Source: Spizellomyces punctatus DAOM BR117 (lineage: Eukaryota). Taken from it: 64,000 bases of DNA. Every line of letters begins with the position of its first letter. Position 1 is the stretch's first letter. The stretch lies in NCBI GenBank assembly GCA_000182565.2, contig KQ257454.1; one strand, written 5' to 3'. A program made the position numbers and the translations under genes. This document shows, in pieces, positions 1 through 12,768 of the stretch. The notes beneath the pieces are model-generated. The model ran no database searches. It saw only the letters and a list, made by a program, of their open reading frames with translations, and was not told the DNA's origin.

Positions 1-529
1 GCCACTCCATATTTTACGCCCAAAGAGCCCGTATCCACCGTGTAGCGTTAGACCTCCCACACCTACGGTAGGACAGGTACCACCTGGAAAAGCATATTTT
101 TCCTGCCGTCCATAACTTGTAATAGAGCGGGGCAAGCATGTTTCCATTACCGACAACGGCTGTACGGGTATTCTTATCGACGGATACTGAATACAGCTTG
201 TACAAGTCCACAAGTAGAGCTCCATTCTTCCCACCTTGCGAGTACCCTTCGTAAGAGTGGCCACTAGATCGGGGAGCTATCGTCATGTTGTTTTGCGTTC
301 GCACACATTACGGCAGTTTGAATGTGTTTCTCCTTCGTTGGGATGAATATTGCCGCGGGTTTATAGGTGAAGCGGTAGTCTTGTCCAAGTGAAGCTTTTG
401 GGTATGTCGGATCTGAAGGTGCGATTACCTTGGAACCATCTTGAATACCAGAAATAGTTGTATAAGCTGGCCAAATGTGCATGGTGCGCCAGGAAAAAGA
501 CAAGCCAAAGTGGCCACGACAAGACGCAT
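1..529 (-). pseudogene. FAD-linked oxidase (berberine-bridge-enzyme/AA7-like), secreted; 3' end outside window; about five frameshifts (pseudogene or assembly error)
   Basis: Stitched frames give signal-like MRLVVATLACLF, then ...KPAAIFIPTKEKHIQTAVMCA, RSSGHSYEGYS (RSGGHS FAD-binding motif), ALLVDL and FPGGTCPTVGVGGLTLHGGYGLFGRKYG. Each frame break is a +1 base in an A/T homopolymer. Confidence 0.8.
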
Positions 530-1021
530 GTTATGTCTCCTCCCAGAGATCGGCGCAGATTCAGAGATATGCGAGCCCGCACAGAAGGAGTTGGTATGCC
601 TGATCTACTTTATTGACGATTAACAAGAGTTGGATCCTCTGATCGCTGTAAGCAGCATTGTACAGCCATGAGTGGTCGCTGAGTTCCGATTTTTCTAATC
701 TCTTTTCTTTGTGCTGCGTGCTGCCGCACCGACCCTTTTATTTTGTCTTCAACAAGAAGACCATGCGTGTCGTCCTGCACGAATTCGGGAGCTGACTTTT
801 AGCGTTCGTCAGTGTAGATAAAGTTGCTGCGAGATGGACGTTGAGATCGGAGTATCGCTCCCGGCGGTGAAAACGCGAGGATGGCACAGTTAGAGATGAT
901 GTCACTCCCAACGAGTGACGTCCAACAAGTTGCCGGCAACTACTTAAAGCAAACCTTTTTTGACGGGGAGAGCTTCACTTGCCCTTCTTGTCGGTGCAAG
1001 TTCTATCCTCGTCCAGTACAA

Positions 1022-2955
1022 ATGTCAGCTCAACCAGGAGGACATACATTTCGCGTCTGGGCACCGGATGCCCCTTCTGTAACGTTGGTGTTGGGCGCTG
1101 GGGACCAAGCCAAGTCCATCCCCATGAAGAAAGTAGATGTCCCATCTGCACGTAGTCAAGGATGGTGGGAGGCAGTTGTCAAGGGTGCAGGACACGGTTC
1201 CGACTATGGATTTCTGGTAGAGAAGAACAAATATAACGTCGACAAACCTTTACCGGACCCTCGAGGTTTCTGGCTTCCTACAAGCGTTCACGGACCCTCA
1301 CGAGTTTACAATCATGATCAATTCAAATGGACAGACAAAACATGGAGAGGCGTGCCTCTGGCAGGGTAAGCTAATTGTTGGCCGGCTCCACTGGAAAATA
1401 ACATTGACACATCCTCAGATCAGTGCTGTACGAGCTGCACGTCGGTACTTTTAGCGAGGAAGGCACCTTTGATGGTGCCATAAAGAAATTGGATCATCTC
1501 GTAAATCTAGGAATAGATGCAATTGAATTGCTCCCTTGCAACGCATTTCCTGGTCAATGGAACTGGGGATATGATGGGGTTGGCTTGTACGCGGTCCAAG
1601 AGTCATACGGTGGTCCCGACGGCCTGAAACGCCTCGTCGATGCTTGCCACGCTAGAGGTATTGGAGTTATAATGGACGTGGTATATAACCACCTTGGTCC
1701 CGATGGCAATTATTTGGAGTGCTTTGGTCCGTACTTTAGTACAAAGTCCAATTCATGGGGGACTTCAGTCAATTTGGACGGGCCATGGTCGGATGAGGTG
1801 CGGAGCTTCTTCATCGACAATGCTTTGATGTGGTTGGAGCATTATCACATCGATGGTCTTCGATTGGACGCCGTCCACGCTTTACTTGATACAAGCGCAA
1901 CCCATTTCCTCGAGGATCTCGCCAATCATGTACGCAATCTGAGTGCACGTCTTCGAAAGCCTCTGTTCCTCATCGCGGAGTCGGATCTCAATGATCCAAG
2001 GTTGATCAAAAGCCCTGAAGCCGGTGGATATGGTCTCGATGCGCAGTGGGCCGATGACGTTCACCATTCGCTCCATGCACTCCTTACTGGAGAACGGCAA
2101 GGATACTATGGTGACTTTGGTTCGCTAGAGGTGATGGCGAAAGCACTCCGTGGTGGATTTGTGCATGATGGGGAATGGTCCTCCTTTCGCAAGCGAAAAT
2201 ACGGTCGACCAATTCCCACTACCGTACCTACATCCCGCTTGGTGGTATTCTTGCAAGATCATGACCAGGTGCATATTCATCTCTCTTCTTTTCACGTTCG
2301 TAAGTGATACTGACTCGCACCTCGCCAGATTGGTAATCGCGCTGTTGGAGACCGCATTTCGGAGCATCTTAACGACAACCTTCTTCGTATCGGAGCAGCG
2401 TTGCTTTTGATGTCACCATTCACCCCTATGCTGTTTCAAGGTGAAGAGTGGGGAGCAAAAACACCTTTCCAGTTTTTTACCAATCATAATAAGGAGCTGG
2501 GGGAGCTCGTCAAGAAAGGTCGTCGAGCAGAGTTCGCTGAGCACGGATGGAACACGGAGGATGTTCCTGACCCGCAGGATCCCGAAACTTTCAAGCGAAG
2601 CAAGCTGAACTGGAATGAACCTACTCAAAACAAACACGCTTCTCTCTTGGATTGGTATAAGTCCCTCATTCATCTCAGGAGGAGCGTACCGGAAATTGCC
2701 AAAGTCGATGAATTTGGGCAGATTGAATGCGAAGTTGATGAGGAAGCGAAATGGCTGGTTCTTAGGAGAAGCGAAAAAGTGGCAACCGTGGTCAATCTAG
2801 GAAAGAAAGAACAAACTATTCCAGTGATCGGAGACGGGCATAACGGACGGAAGCAGATTGGCGACATTCTCTTGTCGCATGGGTCGTACGAGGTGAAAGG
2901 CGCTGCTCTGACGCTCGGACCAGAGTCTGTAGCAATTGTCAGAATTCGGGGGTAA
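1022..2955 (+). CDS. treZ: Malto-oligosyltrehalose trehalohydrolase (GH13 with N-terminal CBM48-like domain), bacterial type; 3 exons
   Basis: Motifs FRVWAP, LPDPR, YELHVGTF, NWGYDGV, DVVYNHLGP, DGLRLDAVHA, LIAESDLN, QDHDQ|IGNRAVGDR, PMLFQGEEWGA, GRRAEF, VPDPQDPETF. GT-AG introns at 1366-1418 and 2269-2328 restore the frame. An upstream in-frame ATG at 881 is possible. Confidence 0.93.
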
Positions 2956-3076
2956 ACAGAGGATAACATTATAATATGTACAGGCCATCATGGATGCTCC
3001 GCATTATAAATAAATATTACGGTTCTGCTAAGGCTCGCTGTCGTTAGGATACGTAATCCGGCAGGTAGCTAAGAGT

Positions 3077-4994
3077 TTACATCAGACCGCTCTTAAACAC
3101 AATAGGCCAGCATTCCAGTGTTTTAGAGTTCACCAGAACTAATGTACCCGACTCGGCAAAGGATGGTATTAGTACTATGCGGGTTTTGCTGCCCTTAGCG
3201 TCTATGATTGCAAATGCGTAAGCCAAGAAAACCTATCTGTAGCACTCATGATACTGGTACCTTCCACCAAACTAGTTTCATATGCCGGTTGATTACCAAT
3301 GAAATAAAGGTGAGGAGGATGTTTGATGACGAACGGATCCGTATCCTTATAAGGATGGCACCCTACAATGTTGACCTGTCAGTAATTGCCCAGCTCGATA
3401 GAAATTATGCACAGTCTACAAACATAGGGTATCAGGAGCCGTCGGCGCTAAATGCGCCCATCGCAATGTATTTTCCGCCATTGACAGGCGATCTTCGGAC
3501 GTTACAAATCGGAAAATGTCGTCGATGTTCTGTCCAGACGTGCCCAGTACACTGCACAAATGATGTGGTTCAAGTCCGAGCTTGAAAAATGACTCTCGCG
3601 CTGGCAACTCACCTAAGGCCCCCAATCTCTGCAGAATAGGGATTCGTGACCGTATTGAAAGTGGAAAATTTCGAAGCATTGGGGAAAATAGCAAAGTGGA
3701 TAGGCTGCTGCGGCAGCGAGCAATTGGCGGGATCAGTTTCACCCGGAAGGATGTCAACATCAAGGTTCTCGCACAGTTGTGAGAGCACAGTATCCACTAC
3801 ATGTAACGGCTCTTTCCTAGTGGCCGTGCTTTCTGAGCCGTATTTGTTTCTTGACTGAATGGGCAAGGCAAAATTGATGTTCAACAAAGGTGCCAACCCC
3901 TTATACACGCCAGTACTTACGGGACGCTTTTCCTCCTCGACCAGTTTGGGTTTTGCCACAGAATTTCCCGCCAGTATTAGGCGAGTGATGCATGAAGCAG
4001 TACGTTGTTCCTAAAAAATAGTGTTCAGTGTGAAAAGTAGCAACAATATCAGCACCCGTCCTATTCAGCCTACCCTTTCGCTTCCTAATTCGCCAGCAAG
4101 AAAATCAGACAGCAGTTCCAACTCCAAGTTGAAGGTCTCATCACCCACGCTAAGACCAGACGCAATGGCAATGAACGTGTCTCCTATTACAGACCGAATC
4201 AGTCCAGGGCTCCATGCTGTAAGATCTTTCGTAAAGCACCTTCACTCGGGGGCAGCGTAGGCTGTGGTGCCAGTTGTGGATAACATATATCAATCACTTC
4301 AAAATCACCACTCGCATTCTCGCAACCAAGAACAGCTACAATAATGCCTAGAAGATTTCGATGTCAATTAACATATCCTTGGCGCGGTTATAAATTTGTG
4401 TTTGCCGTAGTCATCACACCTGTGACGAGCATTGTGTCTTTCAAAATCTCTCCAGTCAGCTTTACCCGCCCCGATTCGTCTTCCAGTACCACCTCATCTT
4501 CATCACTAGCGTACTTGCTTCTTGGTGGAGGCGCAATAACCCAATGCTACAACAATTCACATAAACAATTGCTTTGTGCCATTTGCACACCCTGAATAAA
4601 CTGACCTCTTGTGTAACTTCATCCAAAATGTTCGGTTTTAAGGGCATATCAACGTAAATGGTACCCGCTATGTAGCACACTTCTCCGGGCCGGACATCCA
4701 GCGCTCTGGGAATATGTGGTGGACTGGCTATCCTTTCAAAATTGAGCGCGTGGTACGACTGTCTCCAATATTACAAAGTCCGGAAGTACCTCCAGCTCTT
4801 GCCCATCGTTCTTTTGCAGCAGAAAGGACCTTTGGCCGGAGCATGTTGAGTCTGCTGAAATAGATGCCCGCATACTGTTGTGTGTAAACTCGTTCTTTGA
4901 CAATGAACTTGTCGCATGTGTTGAGACTGTGACATGATTTTCGCTCGAAAGTGATGGTGTCTTCCTGTGAAGTGGAGGAAGCGGGTCGAAACAT
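3077..4994 (-). CDS. POLD2: DNA polymerase delta small (B) subunit, multi-exon
   Basis: [81 protein letters not shown]-terminal [15 protein letters not shown]. Confidence 0.92.
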
Positions 4995-5430
4995 GGTTTC
5001 ACTAGAACGAAGGCAAGGTCAAAGACGTAGAAATGCAAAGGTCTGCGAGATCACTCCAATAACATTGATACGAACTCGGCAGCATGCTCGACATCAGAGT
5101 CGAAGGACATCGCGGTTGACTCCACGGCCGTAAGCATATAGTATATTTGGAGATTAAAGCAGCCTGAATCCTGCACGCCAGCGTCACGCCAATAGGAAAA
5201 CCACCGGATGGGAAGATGATCTTGTGGGAATGCGAGAGGAGAGTCCGGACGATGGGACGTGCATGCTATGGCAACAGCAGGGGCACAGCATCCACCGTGA
5301 GATTGTCCTCGCGCGTTTCGTACGCCCTACACAGAAGGGTGTTCGACATATACGATGGTGGGGCCACATCCCATCAGGAGAAGGGGTAGCCGCTGCTGAA
5401 CGGCATCGAGTTGTCCTGGCCAGCCGCCCA

Positions 5431-6662
5431 ATGTCTAGCGCACCCTTCCCATCACACTTTGCACGCTCTCTTTCGCTTGCCAAAGCCCGTCGAACTGGTC
5501 AGTTGGACGACATTTCGGAAAAGGCGCCCAAGGCAGAAGGCAAAGTACGAACGAAGTCAGTGAGTTTGTTTAGAAATATCAAGAAATTTTGTCAGAAATT
5601 GCGTCAGAAGTCGGCTTCCGGGGGACAAGCCAAGAGATGGAGTCTTTTCAAAGGGCCCGGAAGTTTTCGGCCAGAGAGCGTCGTGATACATGAAGCCAAT
5701 GTAAGCGAGCCTTATAGTCCATCCTATCTGAAATCAAGGGAAATGGGAGAAGTTGGCAGGCCTTGTGAACCTGACTTCATGGACACGCCCAATCCGATTT
5801 CTGCACGAGAATCGGTCGTTGAACGCGCGCTTCTAAACGGACAATGTGCGGCATCTTTCAGTTCGACAGGAAGACGTCCCGTGAGTTGGCATCACTTCTA
5901 CAAAATCAAATATATTATGTCATGACTTAGATTTGCACTCCGTTTCGTTGGACAAAGGTGTCTTATTCACATCGGCGGCCATCCGTGAAAGCGGTCAAGC
6001 ACTTGTCCTATATCCAGCCTCAGAGATATGTGTGTGTTCCGGGTAGTCACGACATACTGAAAAATCCGGAGACCTCGGCTATACTGTCGCGAAATGATTC
6101 TACGCCTCGTTTTTCGATTGACTCGGAAGCATCGCTTCATGCGCATTGTGACAGCTTATCTGTTGTGGATTCATTGGTGACATCAACGCCTTCCTCGTCT
6201 GCATCAGCGAGGCTGGATGCGCAGGTGCAAGCTTTGGATGGTGCATTCTCGCGTATCAGGGCCGCTCAAAATCTAAAGAAGGAAGATCTGGATGGTCAAA
6301 ATCGGAGAAGATCTCTTGGGGAGCATCTAGGAGCCGACAGCTATGAAGGACGGGGGTCCCTGGAGGTGGAGACTGGTGGACCTTCACTAGAGCTCGTGAC
6401 CGATTGCCATCAGCCATACCATGGACGCACAGATGCTGTATCGGGGACAAGGGCAATTCAGTCGGTCATGTATCTTCCGCGTGCCATGTTGCCAACCTTG
6501 CAAGGAACCGTGGAGGGAGGTGATAGTAAAGAATGGTACTCGTCCAACACTTTGGATTCCTTGTATTTGGATTTCAAAGATCTGTCGCTTGATCAGCTGG
6601 CCCACAAATATTCCCCAGATGGGTTGAGTGCTCACCCTGGATTTAGAGCAAGTGTTGCGTGA
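5431..6662 (+). CDS. Hypothetical Ser-rich, probably disordered protein (2 exons, intron ~5881-5957)
   Basis: Two long ORFs are joined in frame by a GTGAGT...AAG intron. No recognisable domain; the start is uncertain (ORF open from 5224). Confidence 0.55.
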
Positions 6663-7143
6663 AGGCAACCTTTCTCTGCTTGTATCATATCTCTTTTCTG
6701 TATCTATTGCTTATGTGTATTTACCAAACAAGGTGTCCTTGTCATGATTGCAATCTATTGCAAGTTAGCATTGTGGCCTTTGAGCCTAAGACTCGGCCAG
6801 CGCCTTTTCCCCAACCGTTGATGGTACAATTATAGACTGCCAAACATCCAGCCCTTGGACTGACGTCGTTATCCTCGACCTCTTTGGGAAAGGCTCCAGC
6901 ACTTCCAACGTTGACCGGTATCCACGGTGCAGGATGTCTCCGGTTTTCCTGGAGTTGGGGGCTTGCTGAAACCTATGCTGGCCAATCTTGATCGATTACT
7001 TTTGCTCATGCCAGCCTCCGGTGGGAGGTGGAGATGTATCGGGGCCTTAGGTCGCGTAGCAGCATGTGCCCAATGGCTTTCTTTCTGCCTACGTACTTCG
7101 ATAACTGACATGTTAAGGCTTAGGTCTCTGCCACTGTAACGGC

Positions 7144-10100
7144 TCACGACCTCTCGCTCAGTGCTGATGTCGCAAAGGTGAGCTTGGTTTGTGTCTCGGT
7201 TTCTAAAGCGCTGGAAGCCGTGAGTCGCATCCACGCACTAAGTTGCATAAGTTCATGCTTCGCCTGGCAGGAAAGCTAAAGATTTCAGCAATGAATCCTT
7301 TGCAATGTACATTGAACTGGGCGTTCACCTCTGTCCGTTCCAGATACGCTGCTCGAGGGTCCGATATGCTGCCGAAAATACACCTCAGCCGCGTCGCTAT
7401 ATCTGCTACAATGTTCTATACAAATGTCGACGTTGGCAACAGCACCAGGTTATTCGGTTACTAGCCATCTAAAATAGAGCTTGTTGTCTACTTACACTTT
7501 GGTCCTTTAGGTCGTCGATATTTCCAACTGCGAGGCTGAAGATCTTCACCAGCGCTGTGAGCTCTGTATACTCTTCCTTGTCGCGCGCCGTACTGTATTT
7601 GGCTACCGAAAACACTGAATACCTGGACACCTTCGCCCACACAGTCCCTAATGAAGTTATGCCGACATCGGCAGGAGAGGGGATGTCCTCACATTGTTCA
7701 CTTCGCAGGATCAACAGCCTTGCCAATTGGCGTCGAATTTCGCGCGCCGCTGCCGATTTGGAGGCCGCCCAATTGAAGACGGAGACCACCCAAACATGAT
7801 GGGATGACTTACTGCCAGCAAACTCGGCAAGTCGAATGCATACAGTTCCGCAAAGTGTAGGCCATCCTTCATTGATCTTCAGGGCATTGCAGAGATCTGC
7901 AACCGTGTCTCCAATTGTATCGGCATAAGCCAGCTGAACTCTCGAATCAGTCGACAAGATGGCTACTATATGAAGGGCATTGAGAAGATCGTTGGACGAA
8001 TACAGAGAAGGCCTTATCGATAAATATATCAGCTATGGGAAGATCACAAAACGCGGAATGGGCTTATCCTACCGTTGCCTAGCGCAGATGCCTAAAACAG
8101 TCATCAATATTCGTATCTTGGCGAGAATAAACGACACGTCCTGAAGAGAACTTCCTTCGGCCTCGACCTTGACGTCGCGATGCTTAATGAAAGACCCAAG
8201 GCATGGTCGCGCATTGTCATCCAAGAGCTCCGGGGGGCAACCAAATTGGCGCAGCATTTCGCCGAGCGCATTGATAGTTAAAATCCACCCACTTGAATTT
8301 GTCCGCTGATACGGTTGACTTGTAAGCTCCTGATCCCATCAAGGCATTTGTGCTGAGATGCTATCGAACTCACATTGTGGATACGCGTGAAATTCTGACA
8401 AGCGAGATCCGCCAGCTGGCGATCCGTTTCATAACAGGCTGAAAGAAGCGCATAGCATTAGACAAAACCGTAATAGCGTGTCTGCTTGCTTCTGCAGGAT
8501 TTTACCTGTACTAAACAACCAATCGAGTACAACGACCGCACAATCCGGCTTTCTGTGAACTAGATGGCTCATGACACTACCCCGTAACAACGTGGCCGCT
8601 TTCACCTTGTCTGAAATGGAAGGTTGTCGTAAGGAAGTGACACCTGTAACGTAGTACACGGACCGGAACTATTTAGGAGATACCTGTTAACGACTCCGAT
8701 AAACATGCTGGCAGGACCGCAGTTCGCAAGGGCTGCAAAGTACGCGTTGGCATCTGTACGGCTATGTTATTCGAGAAGAGTGAAGCCAAACATTGCGTGA
8801 CCTAAAGAGAAACTTACTACTACGGACTGCAATATTGCAACAGACATCTCCTGCTCGGGCCCGTCGGGTTTCGAAAGCATCTACAAAGAGAGTCAATCAT
8901 CCTGCAAACACAGAGCCTGTCAACCACGATAACTCACAGAATTGACGATTTCGCCAGTCTCCTGGCCCAAAACTCGATTCGACATTACACCCAGATCCAA
9001 TGCACTAGATTTGTCTTCATCCTAAGTATTGGCTTCTGTGAGACGACAACCCACTTTATCCACACCGGTTGACCTACTTTGACAACTTGTTCCAGTAACC
9101 TCTCATGCTCAAGTCGTCTGTTCTCCTGCTTCCGCTTGTCTTTCAGAAGATAGTCCAAACTGAACATGGGCTTACGCTTCATTGCTGTTGCGCCTGCCCG
9201 ATATCCGGGTGAAGAATTTGTCTCCGTCCGATGCGCATGGGAAAATAGGTTCTGGTCTTGGAAGGGGTCGAGAGGTGGCGGCGCATAGTTCACATGTCGT
9301 TTCGCGCGAGAAGAGCGTCTTTGATCACAAATGACGGGCATATTTGATCAGTTCTACGTATCAAAGACTGGCCGCAGTACAATGGTAGACATTTACCGTT
9401 GTTCGGTTTCCAGATGGATGCTGTTTGGCAAGAGTAGCTCTTCGTCGTCGTCATCATCGTCGTTGTTGCCACGTCCTATGACGGGATCTGTGGCGTAGCC
9501 GAGCTCAACCTCATTCTTCAGCGTAAGTGAGGTCTCACCGAAGCTGTCAGCAGCTTTCGATCGATCATGCCGGCTGGTCCTCTCATCGAGTCTCCGATGA
9601 GATGGATTTGAAACTGACGGACCCTCCACCACAAGTTGATTGCGGCCGGTCTCGCTATTATCCACATCGGCTGACAAAGGTAGTACTTCGACTCTGGATG
9701 CTATTACACCCGGAATGATCGCAATGGTAGGAGATAGAGCCATGCCGTCTGTCAGCATTTCGCTTTCATCCTCTAAGGTTGCAACCTCCTTCCCTGTTAC
9801 TGAATATCGGGCGGCCAATGGATCCGAGCTGCTGCCATCTTCATTTTTTACACGTTGCTGCCCGTCATCCATGATCCCGACTGTTTCCCGCCTAGCGCGT
9901 TTTGAGCTGTTTTCCGCCAGTTCATCTGTCCGCGTCAAAATGACGATGTTGTTCCCACGACATTGTTGCTCGGTTGCAGCGGTGTGTCCTGTCAACGTCT
10001 GGAAATTACCATTGCCTTGTTGAGTCAGTGAAACGTTCAACATATGAGCTGGACATGCAAGGTCTATTTCAGGTAATGCCAAAAAGCGGATAACAACGCA

Positions 10101-10374
10101 CCAGTACGGTCAACGCTCTGGTGGTGGACTTGCTTTCGAACTATTATGTTATTGACTGTCAGGTACGGCAAATTACGTTAGAAACACATACCTGTGGATT
10201 CGGTCGGTGTCTCGCTTGGACACTTTGAGAAGTACTTGGTAATTAACGCATTCCTGTTTAGGTATGAAAGCTTAAGTTGCCGGCAGAGGGGGCCAGCCAA
10301 AGCTAGAATCGAGCACTATACACTTACCCTTTTGGGGGCGGGATATGCTCGTAATAGGAGGTCAAAGGCTTCAT
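7144..10374 (-). CDS. Putative SLF2/Nse6 (FAM178/CANIN-domain) Smc5/6 loader subunit, multi-exon
   Basis: Long disordered N-terminus, then FSLDYLLKDKRKQENRRLEHERLL, a helical core, and C-terminal ISDPRAAYLERTE|AKHELMQL. These resemble remembered SLF2/FAM178 motifs. Confidence 0.6.
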
Positions 10375-10823
10375 GCTAGAAAACAAAATGGGCCAATAAG
10401 GCTTTACTACCGAAGCACGAAAGAATGGCCCTCCCACCATCTCCTTACTTTTTGCTCGCGTTTGGTCTAATCTTTTTGTTCCTCTGCATATTGATTCACA
10501 AATCAATAGAGCGGGAATAGCACATATGGCAGCAACGGGTAATGCAATCACTCTTGGCGTGCACAGAAGAGGATCTGGGAATGGTGCTAGTTGAAGGATG
10601 ATGAGATCTGTCAATTGAAAGAATGTCCGAACAGTTCAAAGTCTTTATGCACTTGAACCGGCTTGATACGTGACCTCCATGGAATAGTCCGTGCTTACAT
10701 TCCCACTGCCTCACCAATAGTTCAACTTTCCACTTGGCGCGTTTGAGTTTATTTACTTGCCTTTCAAGCTTTTGTGATCTTTTGATCCCGTTTCTGAGCA
10801 CTAGTGGAGGAGGTAGAGCCAAT

Positions 10824-12674
10824 ATGTCGAGCACAGGGCATTATGCAAAGCCGGGTACAGTACTGGAATGATCTCCTTGGTCTTTCTGCTATTGTCTAAC
10901 TCTATACCAGGTCCCCCAGCGAGTGCGTTGTCTGCAGCTCAACACGCCAGTTCCTATTTCCTTTCCAGCTCGTCTTCCTCCATTTCCGTCCCCTCTTTCG
11001 CTTTGGCGTCAGCCTCTCCCTCTCTCGTGAGTCCCCTAACATCACCAATGAATACGATGCTCTCCCCCGCCACACATCCTGGAGATTACCTGTCACCGCA
11101 AAATCCTCCTTTTAGTCCACCTTTTGCGAGCCCTTCTGAAAGTCCAATAGATGAAAGTCCTAGGACAAAAGCTAATAATGGCACAACAAGAGAAAATGTA
11201 AGCAACCTGAGCGGAAGTCAGTGCATTCTGGCTTTTCAGTTAGTTAGAAAGTGGTGTGAGTTCAGAAGGCATGTGGCTGACTGTGTACTTCCGTATTCTG
11301 ACGATTCTCGGTAATATTCAAGTTCGTTCACAAGCTACACAAGTAAGATAGTGGGGTTTATCCTTAACTACGGGCGTCGACATTGATCATCTCTGCACGC
11401 AGCATGGTAATAGACAAGCAGTATCAGCACCTCATCAGTTGGAACTACTCTGGTACCTCCTTCATCGTGTGCAACGTATTGGAATTTTCTCGTGAAGTCT
11501 TGCCAAAACGTGGGTATTGACGAAATGATCGCCGCATACTTCCGAATCTCCCTATGTAACACACCCGCCCTTCTTTGAACAGACTTCAAGCATAATAACT
11601 TCTCCAGCTTTGTGCGGCAGTTGAACATGTATGGTTTTCATAAAGTCAACAAATCACCTCGTGGGAGCCGAACGCTGGCGGAGAATCAAGTGTGGGAGTT
11701 TTCGCATCCTAAATTTCTCCGTGATCGACCACAACTTTTGGATGAGATTAAGAGGAAATCTGTAGAGTCGGAAACATTCAGGCGCGAGACAGGAGATATT
11801 CAAGCTCAGATGCAGATAATGCATCTCAATCAAGCGGACATGATGCAGCAGTTACAACGATTGCAAGAGAACTTCACGGAACTCATGCGGGAATTTGCTG
11901 AAAGTCGACGAAAGCAGGTTATCCAGCAACAGATGATGAAAAACATGATGGAGTTCATGAAACAGCAGTACATTCAACAACAGCAACAACAACAACAACA
12001 ACAGCAACAGCAACAGCAACAGCACGAGCAGCAGCGATCTCTCCCCTCGTCCCAGCACCCGCAGCACCAATCACAGCGTACGTGCCACAATTGAAATTAC
12101 AGTTGGTCATATTCTATCGAAAGGCTGACACTTTTTACTGGACTAAATAAGCAATACTTCCTCTCGAATTCGACATGGCCTTCATGGATCCACAATTAAT
12201 GGGCGGGTCAACAGCAACATGCTTCAGCTCCGGTACGGCTACTATGATTGATCGCCAATATTCCTATTCCCGCAACATGCCGCGAACGCGACCCGCTCAT
12301 CATCCTTCACCTTAGGTTCAACGATCGTTAAGCAGGAGTTTGTAAACCAGGAAGGAGGGAGCCCTAGTGGGGGAAACATGGGTGGATCTGGCGGTTCCGT
12401 TGGTGAAGGTATGCGTAATGGTGGAGTCGGGAATACCTTAGTCAATCCAAGCTACATTCAACGGACACCCTGGACCGCCGCCTTAAATACACCTTTACCG
12501 CCAAGCCCAGCCCCAGGGACCCCGATGGATCGCGCCACAGAGAGTGATCGACGACTACCATCGGCATTGGGTGTGTTGGGTATGGACGAGGAGGACATGG
12601 ACGGTCTTTTAGATATGTCGCATGATTTCGGGGACGAATTTGGAGACCCTCTAGAAGGTCTCAGATCAACGTAG
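10824..12674 (+). CDS. HSF-type DNA-binding transcription factor with coiled coil and poly-Q
   Basis: Spliced [67 protein letters not shown]...[22 protein letters not shown]. Confidence 0.9.
11975..12033 (+). repeat. CAA/CAG trinucleotide repeat encoding poly-Q
   Basis: caacaacagcaacaacaacaacaacaacagcaacagcaacagcaacag within the HSF exon. Confidence 0.9.
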
Positions 12675-12768
12675 ATTTTGTACCATAACTCGCTGCTCAC
12701 ATGAATGTGGTGCTGATATGCGAAGAGGCTTGTATGCTTCTTTGGGTTGTATATGATAATGTTATTAT

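Noticed and set aside
881-1021. N-terminal extension of TreZ containing CPSCRC
   Set aside because: It has only one Cys cluster and no recognisable domain; homology starts after the ATG at 1022, so it is probably 5' UTR.
11852-12070. Poly-Leu minus-strand ORF resembling a membrane protein
   Set aside because: Antisense shadow of the poly-Q repeat.
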